Origin: an uncultured Alphaproteobacteria bacterium
GTDB lineage: Bacteria; Pseudomonadota; Alphaproteobacteria; Rhizobiales; Xanthobacteraceae
Assembly (NCBI GenBank): GCA_963751685.1
Contig: CAVVVV010000009.1
Span: 200,563-264,562 of the forward strand
DNA length: 64,000 nucleotides
Reading direction: 5' to 3'
In this document: piece after piece, positions 44,125-53,698 of the stretch
Layout of the letters: each line of letters begins with the position of its first letter
Numbering within the stretch: the first letter of the stretch is position 1
Made by a program: the position numbers and the translations under genes
Notes under the pieces: generated by a model
What the model saw: the letters and a program-made list of their open reading frames with translations, nothing else
What the model was told of the DNA's origin: nothing
Database searches by the model: none

Positions 44125-44157
44125 CCGCTGCTTTCTTGCGCCAGGGGGTGCCAAAGA

Positions 44158-44649
44158 ATGCCCGCAGGAAAGCGGCCGGTCGCGATCGTCATGGGTAGCC
44201 AATCCGACTGGGAGACGCTTCGCTTCACGGCGGCGGCGCTCGACGAGCTCGGCATCGGCTACGAGAGCTTGATCGTGTCGGCGCATCGCACACCCGAGCG
44301 CCTGTTCAAATTCGCCAAGTCCGCGCGCAAGAACGGCTTCAAGGTCGTGATCGCCGGCGCCGGTGGTGCCGCGCATCTGCCCGGCATGACCGCCTCGCTC
44401 ACCTCGCTTCCCGTGTTCGGCGTGCCCATGAACACGACGGCGCTCGAGGGCAAGGACAGTCTTCTCTCCATCATGCAAATGCCGGCCGGCGTTCCGGTCG
44501 GCACGCTCGCCATCGGCAAGCCCGGGGCGATCAACGCCGCCCTGCTCGCTGCCGCGGTGCTCGCGCTCTCCGACACGAAGCTCGCCAAGCGTCTCGATCA
44601 ATTCCGCAGCCGCCAGACCGCTTCGGTCGGCAAACGCCCGAAGAACTGA
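44158..44649 (+). CDS. purE: N5-carboxyaminoimidazole ribonucleotide mutase PurE
   Basis: Intact 163-aa ORF. Motifs: ..[11 protein letters not shown].., ..VSAHRTPE.., ..[13 protein letters not shown].., ..PVFGVP... Confidence 0.95.
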   Translation: MPAGKRPVAIVMGSQSDWETLRFTAAALDELGIGYESLIVSAHRTPERLFKFAKSARKNGFKVVIAGAGGAAHLPGMTASLTSLPVFGVPMNTTALEGKDSLLSIMQMPAGVPVGTLAIGKPGAINAALLAAAVLALSDTKLAKRLDQFRSRQTASVGKRPKN

Positions 44650-44658
44650 CGGGGAGCC

Positions 44659-45758
44659 ATGGCCGCCAATTTGCCCGCGCTCAAGCCGGGATCGACGCTC
44701 GGCATTCTCGGCGGCGGCCAGCTCGGCCGCATGCTCGCGCTCGCCGCCGCGCGGCTAGGCATCCGCTGCCACGTCTATTCGCCGGAACCCGAATTCCTGC
44801 GCCTTCGACGTCGCCAGCGAAAAAACCTGCGCCCCCTATGACGACGACAATTGCGCTCACGCGCTTCGCCAAAAGCGTCGATCTCATCACCTACGAGTTC
44901 GAGAACGTGCCCGCCGAGACTGCGGACTTTCTCGTCACCAACCGCAGCGTCGTCTTGCCGGATCCCGCCATTCTCGCGACGACGCAGGACCGGCTCGCGG
45001 AAAAAAACTTCCTCATCGATTTTGGCATCGGCACCGCGCCGTTCGCGGAAATCGGCTCCGAGGTCGATGTCTCCGTCGCCGTCGTGCAGATCGAGCCGCC
45101 CGCCGTGCTCAAGACGCGACGGCTCGGCTACGACGGCAAGGGCCAGGTGCTGGTCAGAGGAGACGGCGACGCGGCCGCGGCCTGGAAGGAGCTGGGAGAA
45201 GTTCCGGCGATTCTCGAGGACTTCATCGAGTTCGAGCGCGAGATTTCCGTCATCGCCGCGCGCGGGCGCGACGGCAGCTTCGCGGCCTACGACCCGATCG
45301 AGAACATCCATCGCGATCACATCCTGCACCGCTCGCTGGTGCCGGCCGCCGTGCCTGCCGCTGTCGCCAAGGAGGCGGTCGGCATTGCCCGGAAAATTGC
45401 CGACGAGCTTTCCTATATCGGCGTGCTTACGGTCGAGATGTTCGTTGTCGAGAAAGACGGCAAGCATCACCTGCTCGTCAACGAAATCGCGCCGCGCGTG
45501 CACAATTCCGGACATTGGACGATCGACGGCGCGAGCGTGAGCCAGTTCGAACAGCATGTCCGCGCGATCGCCGGCTGGCCGCTCGCCAAGCCGCGCCGCC
45601 TCGGCAAGATCGAAATGACGAACCTGATCGGCGATGAAATCGACGGCTGGAAGAAGTTCCTCGCCGAGCCCGGCGCTACCCTGCACGTTTATGGCAAGCG
45701 CGAGACGCGGCCGGGGCGCAAGATGGGGCATGTAACGAGGGTGAAAGTAGAGAAATAA
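44659..45758 (+). CDS. purK: N5-carboxyaminoimidazole ribonucleotide synthase PurK (2 frame breaks near 44790-44840)
   Basis: ..LGILGGGQLGRMLALAA.., ..ITYEFENVP.., ..LKTRRLGYDGKGQ.., ..VNEIAPRVHNSGHWT.., ..GKRETRPGRKMGHVT... Confidence 0.93.
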
Positions 45759-45927
45759 TTAGCGCCCCGCACGAGCCGCCACCGACGTTTCCCGGTAGGG
45801 GCCGATATCGGACCGTGGTGGACTTTCCCGGTCTTTTCTGGTACGCACCGCGCGCTCGGTGAGGCTCGCCGCTTTTGCCGCGGGATGCTCAGCCGAACCA
45901 CGCCTAAACTTGAAAAGAGGAAGACAC

Positions 45928-46302
45928 GTGCAGGTTCTCGTTCGCGACAACAACGTCGACCAGGCCCTCAAGGCGCTCAAGAAGAAAATGCAGCGCGAGG
46001 GCATTTTCCGCGAGATGAAGCTGCGCGGTCACTACGAAAAGCCCTCCGAAAAGCGCGCCCGCGAGAAGGCGGAAGCGATCAGGCGCGCGCGTAAGCTCGC
46101 GCGCAAGCGCGCCCAGCGCGAGGGGCTTCTACCCTCGAAGCCCAAGATCGTGCCCGGCGCGACCGGTGGCCGCGGCGGCAGGCCCGGCGGCTTTGGCGGC
46201 GGCGGCGGCTTCGGCGGCGGTGGTGGTTATGGCGGCGGCGGGGGCGGCGGCGGCTTCGGCGGCGGAGGTGGTTATGGTGGTGGTAGCGGCTCGCACCGCT
46301 GA
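45928..46302 (+). CDS. rpsU: 30S ribosomal protein S21 with a C-terminal tail of about 50 aa rich in Gly/Phe/Tyr
   Basis: GTG start after the [68 protein letters not shown] is canonical S21. The tail is ..[45 protein letters not shown], encoded by a GGC-rich imperfect tandem repeat (about 46165-46290). Confidence 0.88.
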   Translation: MQVLVRDNNVDQALKALKKKMQREGIFREMKLRGHYEKPSEKRAREKAEAIRRARKLARKRAQREGLLPSKPKIVPGATGGRGGRPGGFGGGGGFGGGGGYGGGGGGGGFGGGGGYGGGSGSHR

Positions 46303-46326
46303 TCGGCGAATTCACACGATTATCAA

Positions 46327-46362
46327 GCGCGGGCAGGCTCGACCCCTGGCCCGCGTTTTTAT
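46327..46362 (+). terminator. Intrinsic terminator between the convergent rpsU and hydrolase genes
   Basis: GCGGGCAGG..CCTGGCCCGC (one bulge), followed by GTTTTTATTTCT. Confidence 0.6.
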
Positions 46363-46364
46363 TT

Positions 46365-47168
46365 CTATTTCAGCGACTCGGCGAGAAAGCTCTGGATGAT
46401 ATCGAGCGCGCCGTTTTGATCGAGATCGACATGGCCGCCTTCGGGAAAGCGCACGAATTTCTTTGGCGCACGGATGAGGGCATAGAGCCGCTCGCCATAT
46501 TCGATCGGCACCACGCGGTCGCGCTCGCCATGGATGACGAGCACAGGAACGTTGACGCGGCCGACGCGCTCGTCCGAGCGATAGCGGTCCTTGAGCAGAA
46601 GCCATACCGGCAGGAACGGATAGGCAGCGGCGGCGACATCGATGATCGAGGTATAGGGCGCTTGCAAGAGGACGCGCGCCACCGGCTTTTCCCCCGCCAG
46701 CCAGATCGCAACGCCAGTACCGAGCGATTCGCCGAACACTGCGATCCGTTGCGCCGGATAGCGTGCAACCGCGAACGCATAAGCGGCAGCGGCGTCGGCG
46801 AGAAGCCCTTCTTCGGTCGGACTTCCGCTCGAGCCGCCGTAGCCGCGATAGGACAGCGCCACGAGCCCGTTGCCGTTCGCGATCAAACCGCGAAAGCGGC
46901 GGACGCGATGAACCAGTGCGCCGCCATTGCCGTGGAAGTAGAGAACCACGGGCCTTCCTTCCGCCGCCGGCACGTACCAGGCGACCAGCTTTTCGCCGTC
47001 GGCCGTGTCAATGACGATCTCTTCGGCTTCGGGAAGACCCGCCTGGGCGGGCGGCGTACGTGTCCGGTCCGGGAAATACATCAGCGCCCGCTGCGCGAAA
47101 TAGGCGAGTGCCACCATCGCGCCGTAGCCGACCAACAGGAACAGGAGAATGGATTTCAATATCGCCAT
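46365..47168 (-). CDS. Alpha/beta hydrolase (membrane-anchored, ABHD13/Bem46-like)
   Basis: Intact. The start was chosen at MAILKSILLFLLVGYGAMVALAYF (TM). Motifs: ..VLYFHGNGG.., nucleophile elbow GESLGTG, ..VIHGERDRVVP... Confidence 0.8.
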   Translation of the reverse strand: MAILKSILLFLLVGYGAMVALAYFAQRALMYFPDRTRTPPAQAGLPEAEEIVIDTADGEKLVAWYVPAAEGRPVVLYFHGNGGALVHRVRRFRGLIANGNGLVALSYRGYGGSSGSPTEEGLLADAAAAYAFAVARYPAQRIAVFGESLGTGVAIWLAGEKPVARVLLQAPYTSIIDVAAAAYPFLPVWLLLKDRYRSDERVGRVNVPVLVIHGERDRVVPIEYGERLYALIRAPKKFVRFPEGGHVDLDQNGALDIIQSFLAESLK

Positions 47169-47278
47169 GGCCGTTGGATAGCACGCGCCTGCAAAATTCG
47201 CGCGGCGCGCGAGAGTTGCGCGCAAACGCAAATTATGCGCTAGGCTTGCCCGATTGCTGCCGCGGGAGAGCAACGTCC

Positions 47279-47842
47279 ATGTCGACTTCAGGTTGGATTT
47301 TTATCGGTGTCGTCGGTCTTCTGATCGTTCTCGCCATCTTCATCTATAACGGCCTCATCACGCTCAGACAGCGCGTCAATCAGGCCTTCGCCGACATCGA
47401 CGTGCAGTTGAAGCAGCGGCACGATTTGATCCCCAATTTGCTCGAAACCGTGAAGGGTTATGCCGCCCACGAGCGCGGCACGCTCGACGCGGTGGTCAAG
47501 GCCCGCAATGCCGCCATGGCCGCCCAGACGCCGGGCCAGGTCGCCGCCGCCGAAAACCAGCTCACCGGCGCCCTGCGCGGACTGCTCGCGCTCGGCGAAG
47601 CCTATCCCGACCTCAAAGCGAGCACGAATTTCCAGCAGTTGCAGAGCGAACTGTCCGACATCGAAAACAAGATCGCCGCCGCCCGCCGCTTCTTCAACAA
47701 CGCGGTGCAGGAATACAACACCGGCATCCAGCGTTTCCCGGCGGCGCTGGTCGCGGGCATGCTCGGCTTCAGCCAGCGCGAGTTCTTCGATCTCGGCGCC
47801 GATCGCGGCCAGCTCGAACAGCCGCCGAGCGTGAAGTTCTGA
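47279..47842 (+). CDS. lemA: LemA family protein
   Basis: Intact. N-terminal TM, then ..YNGLITLRQRVNQAFADIDVQLKQRHDLIPNLLETVKGYA.HE...YPDLKA..NF..LQ...IENKIAAARRFFN..V..YN... Confidence 0.9.
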   Translation: MSTSGWIFIGVVGLLIVLAIFIYNGLITLRQRVNQAFADIDVQLKQRHDLIPNLLETVKGYAAHERGTLDAVVKARNAAMAAQTPGQVAAAENQLTGALRGLLALGEAYPDLKASTNFQQLQSELSDIENKIAAARRFFNNAVQEYNTGIQRFPAALVAGMLGFSQREFFDLGADRGQLEQPPSVKF

Positions 47843-47877
47843 GGTAGACGCGCCCGCAAGCGGCGAAGGACCGGGCC

Positions 47878-49013
47878 ATGGCAACCGCCTACGGTCTTTA
47901 CACGCACATCCGCGGAAACCGGGTGCGCTCGGCTTTCCTGCTGATTGGACTGTTTTTTCTCATCTACGTGCTCGTGTTCGCGGGCGCCCTCGTCGCCGAG
48001 GCCTTTCTGCGCGGCGGCGACGATTTGCAGATCATCCTGTTGCGCGCGGAACGTGACTTCGTGCCCGCCGTGCCATGGGCGACGCTGGGCACGGTTGTCT
48101 GGATTCTCGTCGCCTATAAATTTCATCAATCGATGATCGACGCGCTCACCGGCGGCGAGATCGTCTCGCGCACGGATTATCCCAAGCTTTGGGACGCGCT
48201 CGAGAATCTCTGCATTTCGCGCGGCATTCCGATGCCCAAGCTCAAGGTGATGGAATCGGACGCGCTCAATGCCTTCTCCGCCGGCATGAATCAGAAGCAA
48301 TATTCGATCACGGTGACAACGGGCCTGATTAAAGCGCTCAACCAGGCGGAGCTGGAAGCCGTGCTCGGCCACGAGCTCACCCACATCCGCAACGGCGACG
48401 TACGCCTGATGGTGATTGCCATGATCATCGCCGGCGTCGTCTCGTTTTTCGGCGAGATGATTTTCCGCCTGTTCACGAATACAAGCTAAGCTTCAGCGGC
48501 GGCCGCTCGTCGTCTTCAACTTCTTCCTCGGGCGACCGTAAGGGCGGCGGCGCGGCGGCGGCAATTCTGATCGCGGTCGTGCTCATCCTCGTCGCTTGGC
48601 TGCTTTCGGTGGTGGTGCGCCTCGCGCTATCGCGCTCGCGCGAATTTCTCGCCGACGCGGGCTCCGTCGAGCTCACCAAGAACCCCGACGCGATGATCTC
48701 GGCATTGCGCAAGATCGAGGGCCGAGGCGAATTGCCGGGCGCGACTTCGGCGGTGATGGAGATGTGCGTCGACAATCCGCGCGAGGGCTTCAGCAATCTC
48801 TTCGACACCCATCCCTCGGTCGACCGGCGCGTGGCGGCGCTGGTGAAGTTCGCCGGCGGTCACGATCCGGGGCCGATGGCGCTCCCCGCACCGAAGGAAG
48901 CGCCGGAAGAAAACGCGGATGAAACGGCGGCGCCCGATTCCGAAGACACGAAAGCCGGCCCGTGGAACGAGCCGGCGCCGCCGGAAACGAAAAGCGGCCC
49001 TTGGGGCGGTTAA
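47878..49013 (+). CDS. M48-family (HtpX-like) zinc metalloprotease (1 frame break near 48480)
   Basis: HELTHIRNGD (HExxH) with TM helices on both sides. Also ..SRSREFLADAGSVELT.. and ..LFDTHPSVDRRVAAL... This is the common LemA-M48 gene pair. Confidence 0.85.
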
Positions 49014-49121
49014 AGCCGAAGGAAAGGTTTTCGGAAAGATCAGCTCATAAAAACGCTTTCGGAAAAGATCATGCTTAAAAAATATGGGAACGCGCGCCGG
49101 TTCAACCTGAGCAAGGGCGCG

Positions 49122-50516
49122 CTAAAGCGCCTTGACGATATTCTCGACCATCTTCTTCGCGTCGGAGAACAGCATCATCGTGTTGTCGCGGAAGAAGAGC
49201 TCGTTCTCGACGCCGGCATAACCCGAGCCCATGCCGCGTTTTACGAACAGGACCGTCTTCGCCTTTTCCACGTCGAGGACCGGCATGCCGAAGATCGGCG
49301 ATTTCGGATCGGTCTTGGCGGCGGGGTTGGTCACGTCATTGGCGCCGATCACGAAAGCAACGTCGGCCTGCGCGAATTCCGAGTTGATGTCGTCGAGCTC
49401 GAACACCTCGTCATAGGGCACGTTCGCCTCGGCCAAGAGCACGTTCATATGGCCGGGCATGCGGCCCGCCACCGGATGGATCGCGTATTTCACCTCGACG
49501 CCTTCTGCCTTCAGCCTGTCGGCCATCTCGCGCAACGCGTGCTGCGCCTGCGCTACCGCCATGCCGTAGCCGGGCACGACGATCACCTTCGAAGCGTTCT
49601 TCATGATGAAGGCGGCGTCTTCCGCCGAGCCCTGCTTCACCGGCCGCGTCTCGACGTGGCCCGCCGGACCCGCGGTCTCGCCGCCGAAGCCGCCGAGGAT
49701 CACAGCGAAGAAGTTGCGGTTCATGCCCTTGCACATGATGTAGGACAGAATCGCGCCCGAGGAGCCAACGAGCGCCCCGGTAATGATCAGCGCCGTGTTG
49801 CCGAGCGTGAAGCCGATGCCGGCCGCCGCCCAGCCGGAATAAGAATTCAGCATCGAGATCACGACCGGCATGTCGGCACCGCCGATCGGAACGATGATCA
49901 AGACGCCGATCAGGAAGGAGAAGAGCGCGATCGCCCAGAACAGGGCGTGGCTTTCGGTGCGCACGAACATCACGATCGAAGCGAGGATCGCGAGCGCGAT
50001 CAGGATATTGATGACATGACGCGCGGGCAGCATGATCGGCGCGCCGCTCATATTGCCGTTGAGCTTGAGGAAGGCGATTATCGAGCCGGTGAAGGTGATG
50101 GCGCCGATCGCGGTTCCGATCGACATTTCGACGAGGCTCTGGCCGTGAATGTCTCCCGGCGCGCCGATGCCGAAGGCCTGCGGCGCGTAGAGCGCGCCGG
50201 CGGCGACCAGCACCGCGGCAAGGCCCACGAGCGAATGAAAGGCGGCGACGAGCTGCGGCATCGCCGTCATCGCGATCCGCCGCGCGGTCACGGCGCCAAT
50301 GCCGCCGCCGACCGCAAGCCCGCCCACCACCAGCGCCCAGCCGATCAAGCCGGCGGGTGGCGAGGCCGCAAGCGTGGTGACGATGGCGATCGCCATGCCG
50401 GCCATGCCGAACAGATTGCCCTGCCGCGACGATTCAGGATTGGAAAGCCCGCGCAGCGCGAGAATGAACAACACGCCGGCGACGAGATAGAGCAGTGCGA
50501 CGATATTCCCGCTCAT
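49122..50516 (-). CDS. pntB: NAD(P) transhydrogenase subunit beta
   Basis: Intact 464-aa ORF. A multi-TM N-terminal half is followed by dIII: ..VVPGYGMAVAQAQH.., ..YAIHPVAGRMPGHMNVLLAEA.., ..VIGANDVTNP... Confidence 0.95.
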   Translation of the reverse strand: MSGNIVALLYLVAGVLFILALRGLSNPESSRQGNLFGMAGMAIAIVTTLAASPPAGLIGWALVVGGLAVGGGIGAVTARRIAMTAMPQLVAAFHSLVGLAAVLVAAGALYAPQAFGIGAPGDIHGQSLVEMSIGTAIGAITFTGSIIAFLKLNGNMSGAPIMLPARHVINILIALAILASIVMFVRTESHALFWAIALFSFLIGVLIIVPIGGADMPVVISMLNSYSGWAAAGIGFTLGNTALIITGALVGSSGAILSYIMCKGMNRNFFAVILGGFGGETAGPAGHVETRPVKQGSAEDAAFIMKNASKVIVVPGYGMAVAQAQHALREMADRLKAEGVEVKYAIHPVAGRMPGHMNVLLAEANVPYDEVFELDDINSEFAQADVAFVIGANDVTNPAAKTDPKSPIFGMPVLDVEKAKTVLFVKRGMGSGYAGVENELFFRDNTMMLFSDAKKMVENIVKAL

Positions 50517-50523
50517 CGCCGCC

Positions 50524-50844
50524 TCACTTTTTCTTTTTCTGATACATCGACAGCATCCGCTGGGTGACGAGGAAGCCGCCGAAGATGTTGACCGCCGCCA
50601 TCGTGAGCGCGGCGAAGCCGAGGCCGCGCGCCCACCACGACGCCGTTTCGTCGCCCGCCACCGAAACGCCGACCGCCAAGAGCGCGCCCACCACGATTAC
50701 CGAGGAAATCGCGTTCGTCACCGACATCAGCGGCGTGTGCAGCGCCGGCGTCACCGACCACACCACGTAATAGCCGACGAATACCGCGAGCACGAAAATC
50801 GAAAGCCGGAAAACGAAGGGGTCGACGACCGCCATTTCGCCCAT
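50524..50844 (-). CDS. pntA: NAD(P) transhydrogenase subunit alpha part 2 (membrane)
   Basis: About 106 aa starting MGEMAVVDPFVFRLSIFVLAVFVGYYVVW... Motif ..HTPLMSVTNAISS... The start overlaps the pntAA stop by 1 nt. Confidence 0.9.
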   Translation of the reverse strand: MGEMAVVDPFVFRLSIFVLAVFVGYYVVWSVTPALHTPLMSVTNAISSVIVVGALLAVGVSVAGDETASWWARGLGFAALTMAAVNIFGGFLVTQRMLSMYQKKKK

Positions 50845-51977
50845 CACGCGGCTCCCTTCGGCTTGAAGTTCGGGTGCACCACCGCGCCGTCGCGCGTGAG
50901 CAGCGTTGCCTTCACGATTTCGTCCTCCCACGGCACGTTCAATTTCTTTTCCTTCACCAGCAGGTCGAGAAAAGCGAGCAGATTTTTCGCGTAAAGCGCC
51001 GACGAAGTCGCGGCGAGCCGTCCGGGCACGTTCAGAAAGCCCACGATCTTCACGCCGTTGTGCTCGACCACCTTGTCGGGCTCTGCGAGTTCACAATTGC
51101 CGCCGCGCTCGACCGCGAGATCGACGATCACCGAACCCGGCTTCATCGATTCCACCATCGCCTTGGAGACGAGCTTCGGCGCCGCCCTCCCCGGGATCAA
51201 CGCGGTGGTGATCACCAGGTCTTGCTTGGCGATGTGGGCGGCGACGAGGGCCGCTTGCTTCGCCTGATATTCCTTCGACATTTCCTTGGCGTAACCGGCG
51301 GCGGTTTCGGCCTGCTTGAATTCCTCGTCCTCGACCGCGACGAATTTCGCGCCGAGCAATTCCACCTGCTCCTTCGCCGCCGGCCGCACGTCGGTCGCGG
51401 TCACGATCGCGCCGAGCCGGCGCGCGGTCGCGATCGCTTGCAGGCCGGCGACGCCCGCGCCCATGACGAAGGCGCGCGCGGCGGGAACCGTGCCCGCCGC
51501 CGTCATCATCATCGGCAGCGCGCGACCGTATTCGGCGGCGGCGTCGATCACCGCGCGGTAGCCCGCGAGGTTCGCCTGCGACGAAAGCACGTCCATGACC
51601 TGCGCGCGCGTGATGCGCGGCATCAACTCCATCGCGAAGGCCGCGACCTTGGCACCCGCCATATCGGCAAGCGCCGCTTCGTTGCCGAACGGATCCATGA
51701 TCGCGATGACGATGGTGCCGGGCTTGTAGCCGGGAAGCTCCGCCTTCGAAGGCCGCCGCACTTTCAGCACGATGTCGGCGCCGCCGACTGCGTCCCTGCC
51801 GCTCGCGACTTTGGCCCCCGCACTTTCGAAATCCTTATCGAGAATGCCGGCGTGCTCGCCGGCGCCTTTTTCCACCGTCACTTCGGCGCCCATCCCGACC
51901 ATGCGCTTGACGCTGTCGGGCGTCGCCGCGACGCGCGGCTCGCCGGGATCGGTCTCCGCCGGAATTGCGATCTTCAT
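50844..51977 (-). CDS. pntA: NAD(P) transhydrogenase subunit alpha part 1 (dI, NAD(H)-binding)
   Basis: Intact 377-aa ORF. MKIAIPAETDPGEPRVAATP.., ..VMGAGVAGLQAIATARRLGA.. (Rossmann), ..VITTALIPGR... Confidence 0.95.
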   Translation of the reverse strand: MKIAIPAETDPGEPRVAATPDSVKRMVGMGAEVTVEKGAGEHAGILDKDFESAGAKVASGRDAVGGADIVLKVRRPSKAELPGYKPGTIVIAIMDPFGNEAALADMAGAKVAAFAMELMPRITRAQVMDVLSSQANLAGYRAVIDAAAEYGRALPMMMTAAGTVPAARAFVMGAGVAGLQAIATARRLGAIVTATDVRPAAKEQVELLGAKFVAVEDEEFKQAETAAGYAKEMSKEYQAKQAALVAAHIAKQDLVITTALIPGRAAPKLVSKAMVESMKPGSVIVDLAVERGGNCELAEPDKVVEHNGVKIVGFLNVPGRLAATSSALYAKNLLAFLDLLVKEKKLNVPWEDEIVKATLLTRDGAVVHPNFKPKGAA

Positions 51978-51996
51978 GGCGGAAGCTGCCGCGAAA

Positions 51997-52149
51997 TCAG
52001 GTGAGGAAAACGAACATCAAGACGAGGAGAACGACGACCGCCACCACGACCCATTTGGCGAGCGCGAGAAAATCCTCGTAGGTGCCCTCGTGCTGCCTGT
52101 AATCGTTGCCTTGAGCCGTCGAATATTTCGGTGTGCCGTGATCGGCCAT
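51997..52149 (-). CDS. Small membrane protein, aa3-type cytochrome oxidase subunit IV-like (COX4_pro_2 style); not in the supplied ORF track (<60 aa)
   Basis: Hand translation: MADHGTPKYSTAQGNDYRQHEGTYEDFLALAKWVVVAVVVLLVLMFVFLT (50 aa). It has one C-terminal TM and lies 19 nt upstream of pntAA on the same strand. Confidence 0.6.
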   Translation of the reverse strand: MADHGTPKYSTAQGNDYRQHEGTYEDFLALAKWVVVAVVVLLVLMFVFLT

Positions 52150-52203
52150 CGCCGTTCCCCCGTAAGCCTGCGCGTTCCTAATCTATTTTTATGGTCAAAT
52201 CCA

Positions 52204-52217
52204 TTGATACAAATCAA
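52204..52217. promoter_or_regulatory. Perfect FNR/FixK-type box TTGAT-N4-ATCAA
   Basis: TTGATACAAATCAA in an AT-rich stretch. Its centre is about 60 nt upstream of the small ORF that heads the pnt operon. Confidence 0.5.
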
Positions 52218-52287
52218 TCGAGGGCTGCCGCGTAGATTTATTTTCAAGGTTGAAGGCTTAGCCAAAAGGCCTACCTCCGGCAACCGT

Positions 52288-53649
52288 TTACGCCGCGGCT
52301 TCGAGCCCGGCCGCATCGAGCGCCGCCGCTTGGCGGCGGCCCACCTCGGTTACCGAAAACTCCGCGATCGCGCCTTCGAACAGGCGGTGGAAATTGATCT
52401 CGGCGGCAAGATGCAAGAACACGGCGCCGAGCCCGACGGCTGCGCGGTCCATCAACAAGAATTCCCGCGGCACGGTGACCGGCCCGAGCTCCTTCAGCGC
52501 CATATGCGCGCGATAGACCTCACGGCGGCCGTATTCGGAAGGCTTCACCCCGTCGGCGACGGTACGCACGCGGTCGTCCATCAAGGGGCCATAGATAAAG
52601 CGCGCCCAAATGTTGAGCGCGTCGATCAACCCGCGCGAGAGCCCCTGGAAGCCCCAGGTCTCGTAGGCGTGCACGACCCTTGCCTCCTCCCCGTGCCGGA
52701 GACCGCGATAAAGATCGACCACGCCGCCGACGAACTTCGGCGGGAAAATGCGGATGCAACCGTAATCGAGGAGGTTGATGCCGCGCGGCTCACCCGCCTC
52801 CTCGAAGGCGGTGTAATTGCCCAGATGCGGATCGCCGTGGATGACGCCGAAGCGGGAAAACGGCAGCCACCACGCCTTGAACATTGCGGTGGCGAGCCGG
52901 TTGCGAATCTCCAGCGACGCCTCCTTGTAGGCGAGCAGTTTCTTGCCCTCAAGCCAATCGAGCACAAGCAATCGTCCGGTCGAAAGCGCGGGCCACACAT
53001 TGGGCACGCGCACCTCGGGAACGTCGGCGAGCATCTCGCGATAGAGCGCGACATGCTTCGCTTCGCGACGATAGTCGAGCTCCTCGCGCACACGCGCACC
53101 GATTTCCTTGGCGATCTCGCGCGTGTCGATGGCGGGGTCCATGCGGCGGCGGATGGCGAAGATCATCTCGAGCTGCTGTAAATCGGCTTCGACGGCCGAC
53201 TGCATGTCGGGATATTGAAGCTTGGCGGCCAGCGGCTTGCCGTCGTGCGAGACCGCGCGATGCACTTGGCCGAGGGAAGCCGCAGCCGCGGGCGCGTGCT
53301 CGAAGGAGCCGAACTTCTGCTGCCATTCGGGCCCGAGCTCCGCCGCCATCCGCCGCCGCACAAAGGCCCAACCCATCGGCGGCGCCTCGTTCTGCAATTT
53401 CATCAATTCGGCGGCGTATTCGGCCGGCAGCGCGTCCGGAATGGTGGCGAGCAGTTGCGCCACCTTCATGATCGGTCCCTTGAGATTGCCGAGCGCGGCG
53501 GCGAGCGCGATCGCATTGGCGCCGCGGTCGAGCGCGAAGCCGAACACGCGCGAGCCGATCATTTGTGCCGCGACCCCGCCGACATTGGTGCCGACGCGCG
53601 CATAGCGCGCGGCCCGGGCGGAGAAACGATTGCGTTCGTGGTCGGTCAT
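52288..53649 (-). CDS. ABC1/UbiB-family atypical kinase
   Basis: Intact 453-aa ORF. Motifs: ..GPIMKVAQLLATIPDALPAEYAAELMKLQ.., ..PAAAASLGQVHRA.., ..KLQYPD.., ..HGDPHLGN... Confidence 0.88.
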   Translation of the reverse strand: MTDHERNRFSARAARYARVGTNVGGVAAQMIGSRVFGFALDRGANAIALAAALGNLKGPIMKVAQLLATIPDALPAEYAAELMKLQNEAPPMGWAFVRRRMAAELGPEWQQKFGSFEHAPAAAASLGQVHRAVSHDGKPLAAKLQYPDMQSAVEADLQQLEMIFAIRRRMDPAIDTREIAKEIGARVREELDYRREAKHVALYREMLADVPEVRVPNVWPALSTGRLLVLDWLEGKKLLAYKEASLEIRNRLATAMFKAWWLPFSRFGVIHGDPHLGNYTAFEEAGEPRGINLLDYGCIRIFPPKFVGGVVDLYRGLRHGEEARVVHAYETWGFQGLSRGLIDALNIWARFIYGPLMDDRVRTVADGVKPSEYGRREVYRAHMALKELGPVTVPREFLLMDRAAVGLGAVFLHLAAEINFHRLFEGAIAEFSVTEVGRRQAAALDAAGLEAAA

Positions 53650-53698
53650 ATTGTCCGCAGTCTATCTCGGCGCCTGCCGGCGGGGTTGCAAGCGGCGC

